Assembly (NCBI GenBank): GCA_039026055.1
Contig: JBCCNB010000001.1
Location: 17,240-81,239, forward strand
Direction: 5' to 3'
DNA: 64,000 bases
From: Pseudomonadota bacterium
GTDB taxonomy: Bacteria; Pseudomonadota; Alphaproteobacteria; Rhodobacterales; Rhodobacteraceae
In this document: piece by piece, positions 10,567 through 19,682 of the stretch
How the letters are laid out: each line of letters starts with the position of its first letter
How positions within the stretch are numbered: position 1 is the first letter of the stretch
Notes under the pieces: generated by a model
The model's database searches: none
Seen by the model: only the letters and a program-made list of their open reading frames with translations
Told to the model about the DNA's origin: nothing
Program-made: the position numbers and the translations under genes

Positions 10567-10742
10567 TCCTCTGACCGCGTTTGTTGCTGGGCGTCACGAC
10601 GTCCAAAAACCTAGTCTGACAGCCTGGGCTTTAGTGTTTTATATCAGCCGCTGACATCTGCTTTGAGACGTGAAGTCACGCCGACTGTTCTTCCGTTTCA
10701 GAAGCAAAACCTCGCCCCGGCGATAACCGCTCTCCACGTTTT

Positions 10743-10815
10743 CGCATTTCGTGTCACCTGACGCGCATTTCGTGCACGCTTTTTGTTTTTCGTAACTTTT
10801 TTGCAGCCTTCGCAC
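10743..10815 (+). promoter_or_regulatory. Direct repeats at 21-bp spacing upstream of coxM; candidate CoxC (LytTR) operator
   Basis: CGCATTTCGTG at 10743-10753 and 10764-10774; degenerate TTCG copies near 10789 and 10809. Confidence 0.6.
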
Positions 10816-10864
10816 CGAAACAAAACAACCTTTAAGCGCCAGAGTCACGACAGGGAGGAGCTCG

Positions 10865-11731
10865 ATGATTCCAGCCGCTTTTGAATATTACCGCCCCGAT
10901 TCCATCGCAGGCGTTCTTGAAATCCTGGAAGAGTACGGAGACGACGCACGGGTGATGGCCGGTGGCCACAGCCTTATTCCGATGATGAAGCTTCGGATGG
11001 CTGACGTGCCGCATCTCATCGACCTTCAAAGCGTTGGCGAGCTTATGGGCATCGATATCCGTACGGGAGAGGTGCGCCTGGGTGCGATGACAACCCAGCA
11101 TGAGATCATCCAACATGAAGAGCTGCGCGCCGCATGCCCTATCTTGCGGGAGGCCGCGTTGCAGATTGCAGACCCGCAGGTGCGCTACATGGGCACGGTG
11201 GGCGGTAACTGCGCCAATGGCGATCCCGGCAACGACATGCCCGGGTTGATGCAGTGCTTGGATGCGCAGTTTGAGCTGGTGGGTCCCGAAGGCACGCGCA
11301 CTGTAGCTGCGCGTGATTTCTATGAGGCGGCCTACATGACCGACCGCGAAGATGAAGAGATCATGATCTCGGTTACCATTCCCTTCCACGGGCGCGGTTA
11401 CGCCTATGAAAAGCAAAAGCGTAAGATCGGCGATTATGCGACGGCGGCCGCTGCGGTCACAATGACCAACGACCGGGGCGTTTGCGTCAATGCATCCATC
11501 GCGATGACCAATCTCAGTGATACGCCCATCTGGTCGGAAGACGCCGGTGACGCGCTGATCGGGACATCCGTTGGTGAGGACAACATCAAGGCGGCCGTTG
11601 ATGCAATGCTGGGCGATATTGACCCCCAGCAAGACAATCGCGGACCTGTCGAATTCAAAAAACATGTGGCCGGGATCATCCTGAAGCGCGCGATCACCCG
11701 CGCCTGGGACCGTGCCGAGGGGAGGGCCTGA
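10865..11731 (+). CDS. coxM: Aerobic CO dehydrogenase medium (FAD) subunit
   Basis: [49 protein letters not shown]; RBS GGAGG. Confidence 0.95.
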   Translation: MIPAAFEYYRPDSIAGVLEILEEYGDDARVMAGGHSLIPMMKLRMADVPHLIDLQSVGELMGIDIRTGEVRLGAMTTQHEIIQHEELRAACPILREAALQIADPQVRYMGTVGGNCANGDPGNDMPGLMQCLDAQFELVGPEGTRTVAARDFYEAAYMTDREDEEIMISVTIPFHGRGYAYEKQKRKIGDYATAAAAVTMTNDRGVCVNASIAMTNLSDTPIWSEDAGDALIGTSVGEDNIKAAVDAMLGDIDPQQDNRGPVEFKKHVAGIILKRAITRAWDRAEGRA

Positions 11732-11735
11732 ACCG

Positions 11736-12236
11736 ATGGCAAAATCAAAGAAGATGCACATCAACCTCACCGTGAATGGCAAGGAAGAAGAGTTTCTGGC
11801 CGAACCACGGGAGCTTTTGATCTATACCCTGCGGGAACGCCTCAACTACACCGGGCCGCATATCGGCTGTGAGACATCCCATTGCGGGGCCTGCACGGTT
11901 GAAATCAACGGCAAGTCGGTCAAAGCCTGCACCATGTTCGTGGCCCAGGCTGATGGCGGCGACATCACGACGATCGAAGGGCTGGGAACACCTGATGACC
12001 TGCACCCGCTGCAACAGGCCTTCCGCGAACATCACGGGTTGCAATGCGGATATTGCACGCCTGGCATGATCACGCGGGCCAAGAAGCTGCTCGAAGAAAA
12101 CCCGAACCCCACCGAAGAGGAAATCCGCTTCGGCATGGCGGGCAATATCTGCCGCTGCACCGGCTATCAGAACATCGTGAAATCCATCAAAGCCGCCGCC
12201 ACCGAAATTCAGGCCGCGAGGGAGGCTGCAGAATGA
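11736..12236 (+). CDS. coxS: Aerobic CO dehydrogenase small (2Fe-2S) subunit
   Basis: [35 protein letters not shown]. Confidence 0.95.
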   Translation: MAKSKKMHINLTVNGKEEEFLAEPRELLIYTLRERLNYTGPHIGCETSHCGACTVEINGKSVKACTMFVAQADGGDITTIEGLGTPDDLHPLQQAFREHHGLQCGYCTPGMITRAKKLLEENPNPTEEEIRFGMAGNICRCTGYQNIVKSIKAAATEIQAAREAAE

Positions 12237-14662
12237 AAGATGACGTCACAACCCGCGAAGAACGTGTTGCCAACCTCAAGGGTATGGGCTGTTCGCGCAA
12301 GCGCGTCGAAGACATGCGTTTTACCCAAGGGCAGGGCAACTATGTCGACGATCTGAAAATGCCCGGGATGCTGTCAGGCGATTTCGTACGCTCCCCTTAC
12401 GCCCACGCCCGGATCAAAGACATCGACATATCCGCTGCGTTGGAGGTGCCGGGTGTTCTGGCAGTGTTGACCGCCAAGGATCTGGAGCCGCTGGGCCTGC
12501 ATTGGATGCCCACGCTGGCAGGTGACAAGCAAATGGTGCTGGCCGATGGTAAGGTCCTGTTCCAGGGACAGGAGGTTGCCTTCGTGGTGGCCGAAGACCG
12601 GTTCGCCGCCGCCGACGGGGTTGAGGCCGTCGTGGTCGATTACGAAGAGCTTCCGGTTCTCGTCGACCCGTTCAAGGCGCTCGAGTCCGACGTGGTGCTG
12701 CGCGAAGATCTGGTGGCCGAAGATGGCACAGTGCCCGATGGCGCGCACGGACCCCGCAAACATCACAATCACATCTTCACCTGGGAAGTGGGCGATCAGG
12801 CGGCCACGGAACAGGTGCTCGATGAGGCCGAAGTGGTGGCCGAAGAAATGCTCTATTACCACCGCACCCATCCGTGCCCGCTGGAAACCTGCGGATGCGT
12901 GGCCTCCATGGACAAGGTCAATGGCAAGCTGACGCTCTGGGGCACGTTTCAGGCCCCCCACGCGATCCGCACGGTTGTGTCGCTGATCTCTGGCATTGAA
13001 GAACACAACATCCGCGTGATCTCTCCCGACATTGGGGGCGGCTTTGGCAACAAGGTGGGGGCCTATCCGGGCTATGTCTGCTCTGTTGTCGCCTCCATCG
13101 TGACCGGCAAACCGGTGAAGTGGATCGAGGACCGCATGGAAAACCTCATGACCACCGCGTTTGCCCGTGACTATTGGATGAAGGGCAAGATTGCGGCCAC
13201 GAAAGAGGGCAAGATCCTCGGCCTCTGGTGCCACACAACTGCCGATCACGGCGGGTTTGATGCCTGCGCCGATCCCACCAAGTTTCCGGCCGGGTTCATG
13301 AACATCTGCACCGGGTCCTATGACATCCCCGTGGCCTATCTGGCGGTGGACGGGGTCTACACCAACAAGGCACCGGGCGGGGTCAGCTATCGCTGTTCGT
13401 TCCGCGTGACCGAGGCGGTGTATTTCATTGAACGTATGATTGAGGTTCTGGCGATTGAGCTCAACATGGATGCGGCAGAGCTGCGCCGGATCAACTTCAT
13501 CAAAAAAGAGCAATTCCCCTATCAATCCGCCCTCGGCTGGGAATATGACAGTGGCGACTACCACACCGCCTGGGACAAGGCGTTGGCCGCCGTCGACTAT
13601 GCCGGGCTGCGCGCCGAACAAGCCGAGCGGGTGGAGGCCTTCAAAAGTGGTGAAACCCGACAGCTGATGGGCATCGGCCTGACCTTCTTCACCGAAATCG
13701 TGGGCGCAGGCCCGGTGAAAAACTGTGATATTCTCGGGCTCGGCATGTTCGACAGCTGCGAAATCCGCATTCATCCCACCGGATCGGCCATCGCGCGTCT
13801 GGGCACGATCAGTCAGGGACAGGGGCATGCCACGACCTTCGCGCAAATCCTTGCCTCGGAAATTGGCCTGCCCGCCGACTCCATCACGATTGAAGAAGGC
13901 GACACCGACACAGCCCCCTACGGTCTTGGTACGTACGGCTCCCGGTCCACCCCTGTGGCGGGTGCCGCGACGGCCATGGCTGGGCGCAAAATCCGTGCCA
14001 AGGCGCAGATGATCGCGGCCTACCTGCTGGAAGTCCATGACGATGACGTAGAATTTGACGTGGACCGGTTCGTGGTCAAAGGCGCGCCGGAGCGGTTCAA
14101 GACGATGAAAGAGATCGCATTCGCCGCCTATAATCAGGCCATCCCGGGCATTGAACCGGGTCTGGAGGCGGTCAGCTATTACGATCCGCCAAATATGACC
14201 TATCCGTTTGGGGCCTATGTCTGCGTGATGGACATTGATGTCGACACTGGCGTCGTGGATATCCGCCGCTTCTATGCGCTGGATGATTGCGGCACGCGCA
14301 TCAACCCGATGGTCATCGAAGGGCAAATCCACGGCGGCCTGACGGAGGCGTTGGCCGTCGCCCTCGGGCAAGAGATTGCCTATGACGAGATGGGCAACTG
14401 CAAGACCGGCACGTTGATGGATTTCTTCCTGCCCACCGCGTGGGAAGTGCCCAATTACGAAACCGACCACACCGTCACCCCGTCGCCGCATCATCCCATC
14501 GGCGCGAAGGGCGTGGGCGAAAGCCCCCATGTGGGCGGCGTGCCGTGCTTTTCCAACGCGATACAGGATGCGTTCCGCCCCTTCGGGAATCGCCACACCC
14601 ACATGCCCCATGATCATTGGCGCATCTGGAAAACGGCCAACGACCTCGGATTGCACGGCTAA
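12233..14662 (+). CDS. coxL: Aerobic CO dehydrogenase large (Mo-Cu) subunit, form I
   Basis: Active-site loop GVSYRCSFR (form I consensus AYxCSFR), [22 protein letters not shown]; MSL gene order; ATGA overlap with coxS. Confidence 0.95.
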   Translation: MKDDVTTREERVANLKGMGCSRKRVEDMRFTQGQGNYVDDLKMPGMLSGDFVRSPYAHARIKDIDISAALEVPGVLAVLTAKDLEPLGLHWMPTLAGDKQMVLADGKVLFQGQEVAFVVAEDRFAAADGVEAVVVDYEELPVLVDPFKALESDVVLREDLVAEDGTVPDGAHGPRKHHNHIFTWEVGDQAATEQVLDEAEVVAEEMLYYHRTHPCPLETCGCVASMDKVNGKLTLWGTFQAPHAIRTVVSLISGIEEHNIRVISPDIGGGFGNKVGAYPGYVCSVVASIVTGKPVKWIEDRMENLMTTAFARDYWMKGKIAATKEGKILGLWCHTTADHGGFDACADPTKFPAGFMNICTGSYDIPVAYLAVDGVYTNKAPGGVSYRCSFRVTEAVYFIERMIEVLAIELNMDAAELRRINFIKKEQFPYQSALGWEYDSGDYHTAWDKALAAVDYAGLRAEQAERVEAFKSGETRQLMGIGLTFFTEIVGAGPVKNCDILGLGMFDSCEIRIHPTGSAIARLGTISQGQGHATTFAQILASEIGLPADSITIEEGDTDTAPYGLGTYGSRSTPVAGAATAMAGRKIRAKAQMIAAYLLEVHDDDVEFDVDRFVVKGAPERFKTMKEIAFAAYNQAIPGIEPGLEAVSYYDPPNMTYPFGAYVCVMDIDVDTGVVDIRRFYALDDCGTRINPMVIEGQIHGGLTEALAVALGQEIAYDEMGNCKTGTLMDFFLPTAWEVPNYETDHTVTPSPHHPIGAKGVGESPHVGGVPCFSNAIQDAFRPFGNRHTHMPHDHWRIWKTANDLGLHG

Positions 14663-14667
14663 CGCCC

Positions 14668-15543
14668 ATGGGCTGGCAAGCGCTTCAATCCGACTTGGCG
14701 TCGGAGGCCTATCTGGCCTCCGATGATCTGGCCGTGGCGCTTCATCTGGCGATCAGCCTCGGTCGGCCGATCCTGCTGGAAGGGGCCGCAGGCGTGGGCA
14801 AGACGGAAGTGGCCAAAGTTCTGGCGGCCAGCCGAGGCACGCAGCTTATCCGCCTGCAATGCTATGAAGGACTTGATGCGTCTCAGGCCATCTATGAATG
14901 GAACTATCAGCGCCAATTGCTGTCGATCCGCGCCGCCGCAGAGGCGGGAGAAACCGGCCAGGACGTGGAAGCGCGCATTTTTTCCGAAGAGTTCCTGCTG
15001 GAACGCCCGTTGCTCGCCGCCATTCGTCAGCCTGAACCGCCGGTGCTTTTGATCGATGAGATCGACCGCGCTGATGAGGAATTTGAGGCCTACCTCCTCG
15101 AAGTGCTTTCTGACTTCCAGATCACGGTGCCTGAGCTTGGGACGATCAAGGCGACGTCAAAACCCATCGTGGTGCTCACGGCCAATGGCACACGCGATCT
15201 GTCTGACGCCCTGCGGCGGCGGTGTCTATACACCCATATCGGCTATCCCACGATGGAGGCCGAACTGGCGATCCTCCATGCCCGCTGTCCCGGCGTTGAG
15301 GCACATCTGGCGCGCCAGATCGTGGGTTTCGTGCAAACCCTGCGTGCGGAACCGTTGGAAAAGGTGCCTGGTGTCGCCGAAATGCTCGATTTCGCGGGCG
15401 CGATCATAGGGCTTGGTCTGGCGGATCTCACATCTGATCCCACGATTCTGCATGCCACCCTGAAAACCCTTCTCAAGACACAAGAAGATCAGGCCGCCAT
15501 CACCCATGAGGTCATGGCCCGTCTGGCAGGGCAAGCGGCATGA
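14668..15543 (+). CDS. coxD: MoxR-type AAA+ ATPase, CODH maturation
   Basis: Walker A LEGAAGVGKTE, RLQCYEG, Walker B LLIDEIDR, DALRRRC. Confidence 0.9.
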   Translation: MGWQALQSDLASEAYLASDDLAVALHLAISLGRPILLEGAAGVGKTEVAKVLAASRGTQLIRLQCYEGLDASQAIYEWNYQRQLLSIRAAAEAGETGQDVEARIFSEEFLLERPLLAAIRQPEPPVLLIDEIDRADEEFEAYLLEVLSDFQITVPELGTIKATSKPIVVLTANGTRDLSDALRRRCLYTHIGYPTMEAELAILHARCPGVEAHLARQIVGFVQTLRAEPLEKVPGVAEMLDFAGAIIGLGLADLTSDPTILHATLKTLLKTQEDQAAITHEVMARLAGQAA

Positions 15544-16739
15544 CGGCCCGGCCCAATCGTGTGACGCGCTTTGCCGGGCGTGATCCTGGCCCTGCCGCGC
15601 GGATCGCGGGGTTCTTTGGCCATCTGCGCGCCAACGGTCTGTCGCTGGGCGTGGCGGAAACGGGCCTTGCGTTGGAGGCTTTGACACAAGTTGATGCAGC
15701 CAACCCCGACCATGCCCGCCGCGCGCTCAAGGCCGTGTGCGCAGGATGCAAGGACGACGCAGACCAGTTCGACGCGCTCTTTGACGCGTTTTGGATGGAT
15801 GCAGGTCGGGTCAAGCAACGCATGGCCCCCAGCACGGGTCAAAAGGGCAATGACGCCGTTCATTCCAATCGCCATGCGCCCAGTGATCAACGCGATACGG
15901 GTGGCTCCGGCGCGATGACCGCGCCCGATGGGGGCGAGGGAGACGCGCAAAGCGACGGCGAAGGGAAACTGGTGGCGGTCAAGGCCCGCAACCTTGCCCG
16001 CAAGGACCTGCGCGATCTGGTGCGCCCCGAAGATGTGGCCGAGGCCGAAGCGGTCGCCCGTCAAATCGGCCTTGCCTTGCGTGATCAACGGTCCCGCCGA
16101 CGCATCGCATCGCAGAAGGGCCGCCACCTGCATTTCCGCCGCACCATCCGCCGCAGTCTCAGCACCGGGGGCGAACCCATCCGGCTCTTCCATCGCAAAC
16201 GCCCCGACCGGACCCGCAATATCGTGGCGCTCTGCGATGTCTCAGGCTCCATGAGCGTTTACGCGCAGGTCTTCCTTAGTTTTTTAGGGGGTTTGCTGCG
16301 CGCGGACCCGGCATCTGATGCGTATCTTTTCCACACCCGCCTTGTGCGTATCACCGAAGCGCTACGCGACAAGGACGTGATGCGCGGCATCGGGCGCATG
16401 TCACTGATGGCCGACGGGTTCGGCGGCGGATCGAAAATCGGCGCCTGCCTCGACCGATTTTCGCGAAGCTATGCCCGCACCCATGTGAATGGCCGGTCTG
16501 TCGTCATGATCTTGTCGGATGGGTTCGACACCGGACCCGCGCAGGAACTGGGCGACGCGGTAGAGCGCATTCGGCGGCGCGGGGGGCGTATCATCTGGCT
16601 CAACCCGCTCAAGGGATGGCGGGATTACGAACCCATAGCGGCCGGGATGGCCGCGGCTTTGCCCCATGTGGATGTCTTTTCAGCCGCGAACACATTGGCC
16701 GATCTTACCGCCCTTGAACCGGAACTGGTGCGCCTATGA
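15540..16739 (+). CDS. coxE: VWA-domain CODH accessory protein
   Basis: MIDAS motif CDVSGSM, FHTRL, ILSDGFDTG, IWLNPL; ATGA overlap with coxD. Confidence 0.9.
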   Translation: MTARPNRVTRFAGRDPGPAARIAGFFGHLRANGLSLGVAETGLALEALTQVDAANPDHARRALKAVCAGCKDDADQFDALFDAFWMDAGRVKQRMAPSTGQKGNDAVHSNRHAPSDQRDTGGSGAMTAPDGGEGDAQSDGEGKLVAVKARNLARKDLRDLVRPEDVAEAEAVARQIGLALRDQRSRRRIASQKGRHLHFRRTIRRSLSTGGEPIRLFHRKRPDRTRNIVALCDVSGSMSVYAQVFLSFLGGLLRADPASDAYLFHTRLVRITEALRDKDVMRGIGRMSLMADGFGGGSKIGACLDRFSRSYARTHVNGRSVVMILSDGFDTGPAQELGDAVERIRRRGGRIIWLNPLKGWRDYEPIAAGMAAALPHVDVFSAANTLADLTALEPELVRL

Positions 16740-17524
16740 TTGCTGCCCCAAACCTTGATCCCAGCCTGGCGGAGGCCGTCACGGCCCTTGAGGCCGAAGA
16801 GACACCTTTTGCTTTCGCCACGGTCGTGCGCACCGCCGGGTCGACAGCGGCCAAACCCGGCACCAAAGCGCTGTTGTCCGCTGAGGGCGAAATCATCGGG
16901 GGTTGGCTTGGTGGGGGATGTGCCAAGGCCGCCGTGCGCCGCGCCACGCTTGAGGCCCTGGCCGATGGCCAGCCAAAACTGATCTCGATCGCGCCCGAAG
17001 AAGAACTCAACAAAGGCGGTATGGAGCCGGGACAGGAACGTGATGGCGTGCGCTATGTCCGCAATGGCTGTCCGTCCAAAGGCACGATTGATATCTTCAT
17101 CGAACCTTGCCTGCCCGCGCCCGAATTGATCGTCTATGGGGCGTCCCCTGTGGCGCGAGCGCTGTCAACGCTCCCCCAGGGTTTCCAATGGGATATCCGT
17201 GTCCAGGAGGCTGTTGCCCCGCTGCCTGACAGCCAACGACGCCGCTTCATCCTGATCGCGACGCAGGGGCAGGGGGATCTGAACGCCTTGCGCAGCGCGC
17301 TTGCGACAGAGGCCGATTATGTGGGCTTTATCGGCAGCGCGCGCAAATTCGCGGCGCTCTCCGCCAAACTTCTCGAAGAGGGGGTGCCCGCAGATCGGTT
17401 GGAGGCTGTCCGTGCCCCTGCCGGCCTTCCCATTGGCGCGGTCACCCCGGAAGAGATTGCGCTGTCTGCGCTTGCTGAACTCACCCAAGTCCGCCGTGAC
17501 AAGATGCGAGCGCGCGATGCCTAG
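16736..17524 (+). CDS. coxF: XdhC/CoxF-family accessory protein
   Basis: FATVVRTAGSTAAKPG, GWLGGGC, NGCPSKGTIDIFIEP, ATQGQGD, APAGLPIGAVTPEEIALS. Confidence 0.85.
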   Translation: MIAAPNLDPSLAEAVTALEAEETPFAFATVVRTAGSTAAKPGTKALLSAEGEIIGGWLGGGCAKAAVRRATLEALADGQPKLISIAPEEELNKGGMEPGQERDGVRYVRNGCPSKGTIDIFIEPCLPAPELIVYGASPVARALSTLPQGFQWDIRVQEAVAPLPDSQRRRFILIATQGQGDLNALRSALATEADYVGFIGSARKFAALSAKLLEEGVPADRLEAVRAPAGLPIGAVTPEEIALSALAELTQVRRDKMRARDA

Positions 17525-18128
17525 ACATATGGCCGTGATATTGGCAGCGGGGCTGTCGCGTCGGATGGGCGATCAAAACAAGCTTTTGTTGCCCGTTTGG
17601 GGTGAGCCGATGATCCGCCGCACTGTGCGCGCCTACGCGGGCGCGGGGCTTGAGGTCATGGTTGTCACCGGCTTTGCCGCGCGTGATATCACCCACGCGA
17701 TCACCGATTTGCCCGTGCGCTTTGTGCACAATCCCGATTTCGAGCGCGGCCAGAAGACATCTGTCGCGGCGGGCCTGAAGGCCGCCCGGGGCGCAGACGA
17801 TGTTCTGGTCGGTTTGGGCGATCAACCGCGTCTTGGACCTTTGCAGATCAAGAACCTGATCAACGCCCATAGCGCGGCGGGCGGTGGCAAAATCTCAATA
17901 CCCCATGATGGTGATCGCCGGGGCAATCCCATTGCCATTCCCGGCGCTCTCATCGATGCGCTGCTGAGCGATCAGCAAAATCCCGGTTGCCACACATTCA
18001 CCCGCACCCGCCCGGAACTTGTCAACGCGATCCCGCTGACCGATCCGGCCTATTACAGCGATGTGGACACGCCAGAGGCCTATTCGGACCTTCTGCGCGC
18101 CGGTTCCATCGAGGCAGGTGCCACATGA
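17517..18128 (+). CDS. mocA: Molybdenum cofactor cytidylyltransferase (MocA-like NTP transferase)
   Basis: AVILAAGLSRRMG..NKLLL, NPDFERGQKTS, LGDQP, GNP, DVDTPEAY. Confidence 0.8.
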   Translation: MPRHMAVILAAGLSRRMGDQNKLLLPVWGEPMIRRTVRAYAGAGLEVMVVTGFAARDITHAITDLPVRFVHNPDFERGQKTSVAAGLKAARGADDVLVGLGDQPRLGPLQIKNLINAHSAAGGGKISIPHDGDRRGNPIAIPGALIDALLSDQQNPGCHTFTRTRPELVNAIPLTDPAYYSDVDTPEAYSDLLRAGSIEAGAT

Positions 18129-18223
18129 CCTTCGGATCCAGATTGCGCGCGCTCGCCAAGCGTCTGACGCTTTCCAACGCGCAGGCCACGCTTTTGGCAC
18201 AGATCAAGTTTCCCTGTTGTTAG
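18125..18223 (+). CDS. Small 32-aa peptide MTFGSRLRALAKRLTLSNAQATLLAQIKFPCC
   Basis: ATGA overlap with the mocA-like stop; GAGG/AGGT purine tracts upstream; the TAG stop is followed immediately by the coxG RBS (AAGGA); fills the gap exactly. Confidence 0.65.
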   Translation: MTFGSRLRALAKRLTLSNAQATLLAQIKFPCC

Positions 18224-18236
18224 AAAGGAACGCCCC

Positions 18237-18689
18237 ATGGAACTCAGCGACGAAATCACCATCAATGCGCCCAAGGATGTGGTCTATGCGGCCCTCAATG
18301 ACCCTGACGTCCTGCAACGCTGCATTCCGGGTTGCGAGGAACTGACCAAGACCTCCGACACGGATCTTGAGGCAAAGGTGGTGCTGAAAGTGGGCCCGGT
18401 TAAGGCCCGATTTGGCGGGCAGGTCACGCTGGACACTGCGGGCGCGCCGGATGCGTTTTCACTTTCGGGTCAAGGCAATGGTGGCACAGCAGGTCACGCC
18501 AAGGGCGGGGCGGATGTCACGCTGGAAACCGACGGCGATCACACCATCCTGCGCTATGAAGCCAAGGCTGAAATAGGCGGCAAGCTGGCGCAACTTGGCG
18601 GGCGGTTGATCCAAAGCACGGCCAAAAAACTCGCCTCGAAATTCTTCAAATCCTTCGCCGAGGTCATGGAAGAAGAGCGCGTTGTCTGA
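18237..18689 (+). CDS. coxG: CoxG (SRPBCC/START-like) CODH accessory protein, short form without a membrane anchor
   Basis: ALNDPDVLQRCIPGCEEL, KVGPVKARF, GGKLAQLGGRLI, KFF. Confidence 0.9.
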   Translation: MELSDEITINAPKDVVYAALNDPDVLQRCIPGCEELTKTSDTDLEAKVVLKVGPVKARFGGQVTLDTAGAPDAFSLSGQGNGGTAGHAKGGADVTLETDGDHTILRYEAKAEIGGKLAQLGGRLIQSTAKKLASKFFKSFAEVMEEERVV

Positions 18690-19626
18690 TGACATCGCCT
18701 ATATCGAGCACGCGCAGGATGTGCTTGCCAAAGCGGTCGATCTTGCCACGAAGGGAGAGCGCTTTGCGCTGGTGACGTCGGTTGATATCAAGGGCGGTAC
18801 AGCGCGGGAGCTTGGCTCTCTTGCGCTGGTGGCCGCGTCGGGACAGATGGTGGGGTATCTGTCCAACGGGTGCATCGATCAGGACATCAGGCTCAACGCA
18901 CTGGCCAGTCTGGATCAGGGCCAGCGCCAGATTATCCATTACGGCGAAGGATCGCCCTTTCCCGACCTGACACTGCCTTGTGGCGGCATGTTGAAGGTGC
19001 TGCTTGATCCTGCCCCGGACCTCAGAAAGCTCAGGGCAGCCTATAAAGACCTAAAGGCGCGCCGCCCCGCGCAACTGTCGTTTTCAACGCCATCGAATGC
19101 GCCCCTTTTGACGGTGCAGTACATGCCCAAGCCCAAGGTCACATTCGCTGGGCGCGGTGCCGTGTTTCGCGCAGCCGTCATTTTGGCCCATGCATCCGGG
19201 TTCGAAGTGACAGGCCTGTCACCGGACGAACACGATCTGGAGGCGGTGGCCATGGCCGGCGCGGCGCGGGTGTCGCATCTGGCATCACCGCAGGCGGCAT
19301 CACGGCTCGACCTTGATCCCTGGAGCGCCTTTCTCACCTTGTTTCACGACCATTCCTGGGAACCCGACCTTCTGATGGCCGCAACGCGAACACCCTGCCG
19401 CTTCATTGGCGCGTTGGGCAGCCGCCGCACCCATGATGCCCGCCGTCAGATGCTCCTGAGCATGGGCGGCACGCAGCGCGAGGTGGACCGGATCAAGGGG
19501 CCAGTTGGTCTCGTGTCTTCCCTCAGATCTGCTGACCTCATTGCGGCGTCCGTGATTGCAGAGCTCGCAGCGGCGTTCTCCAGAAGTCAGACCGTGATGA
19601 AGGAACCAGCGGTCACAGCGCACTAG
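18682..19626 (+). CDS. Second XdhC/CoxI-family accessory protein
   Basis: GYLSNGCID, YGEGSPFPDLTLPCGG, FHDHSWE, IGALGSRRTH, GPVGL. Confidence 0.85.
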   Translation: MSDDIAYIEHAQDVLAKAVDLATKGERFALVTSVDIKGGTARELGSLALVAASGQMVGYLSNGCIDQDIRLNALASLDQGQRQIIHYGEGSPFPDLTLPCGGMLKVLLDPAPDLRKLRAAYKDLKARRPAQLSFSTPSNAPLLTVQYMPKPKVTFAGRGAVFRAAVILAHASGFEVTGLSPDEHDLEAVAMAGAARVSHLASPQAASRLDLDPWSAFLTLFHDHSWEPDLLMAATRTPCRFIGALGSRRTHDARRQMLLSMGGTQREVDRIKGPVGLVSSLRSADLIAASVIAELAAAFSRSQTVMKEPAVTAH

Positions 19627-19682
19627 CCTTGCGCGCGCCTTGACGGTCCGAAACCGGCAGACATGGCTCAACGTACATCCTT

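Noticed and set aside
12374-14656. 760-aa antisense ORF, and similar long shadow ORFs such as 47224-48633, 26174-27412 and 7061-8263
   Set aside because: They mirror well-supported genes on the other strand, as expected from high-GC codon bias, and contain no recognisable motifs.
12233-14662. Form II (putative) CoxL
   Set aside because: The motif is xYRCSFR, not AYRGAGR, and the gene order is MSL with coxDEF.
15902-15912. 11-bp match (TGGCTCCGGCG) to the tRNA-Asn 3' end as a possible att site
   Set aside because: Short, GC-rich and inside the intact coxE coding sequence; likely chance.
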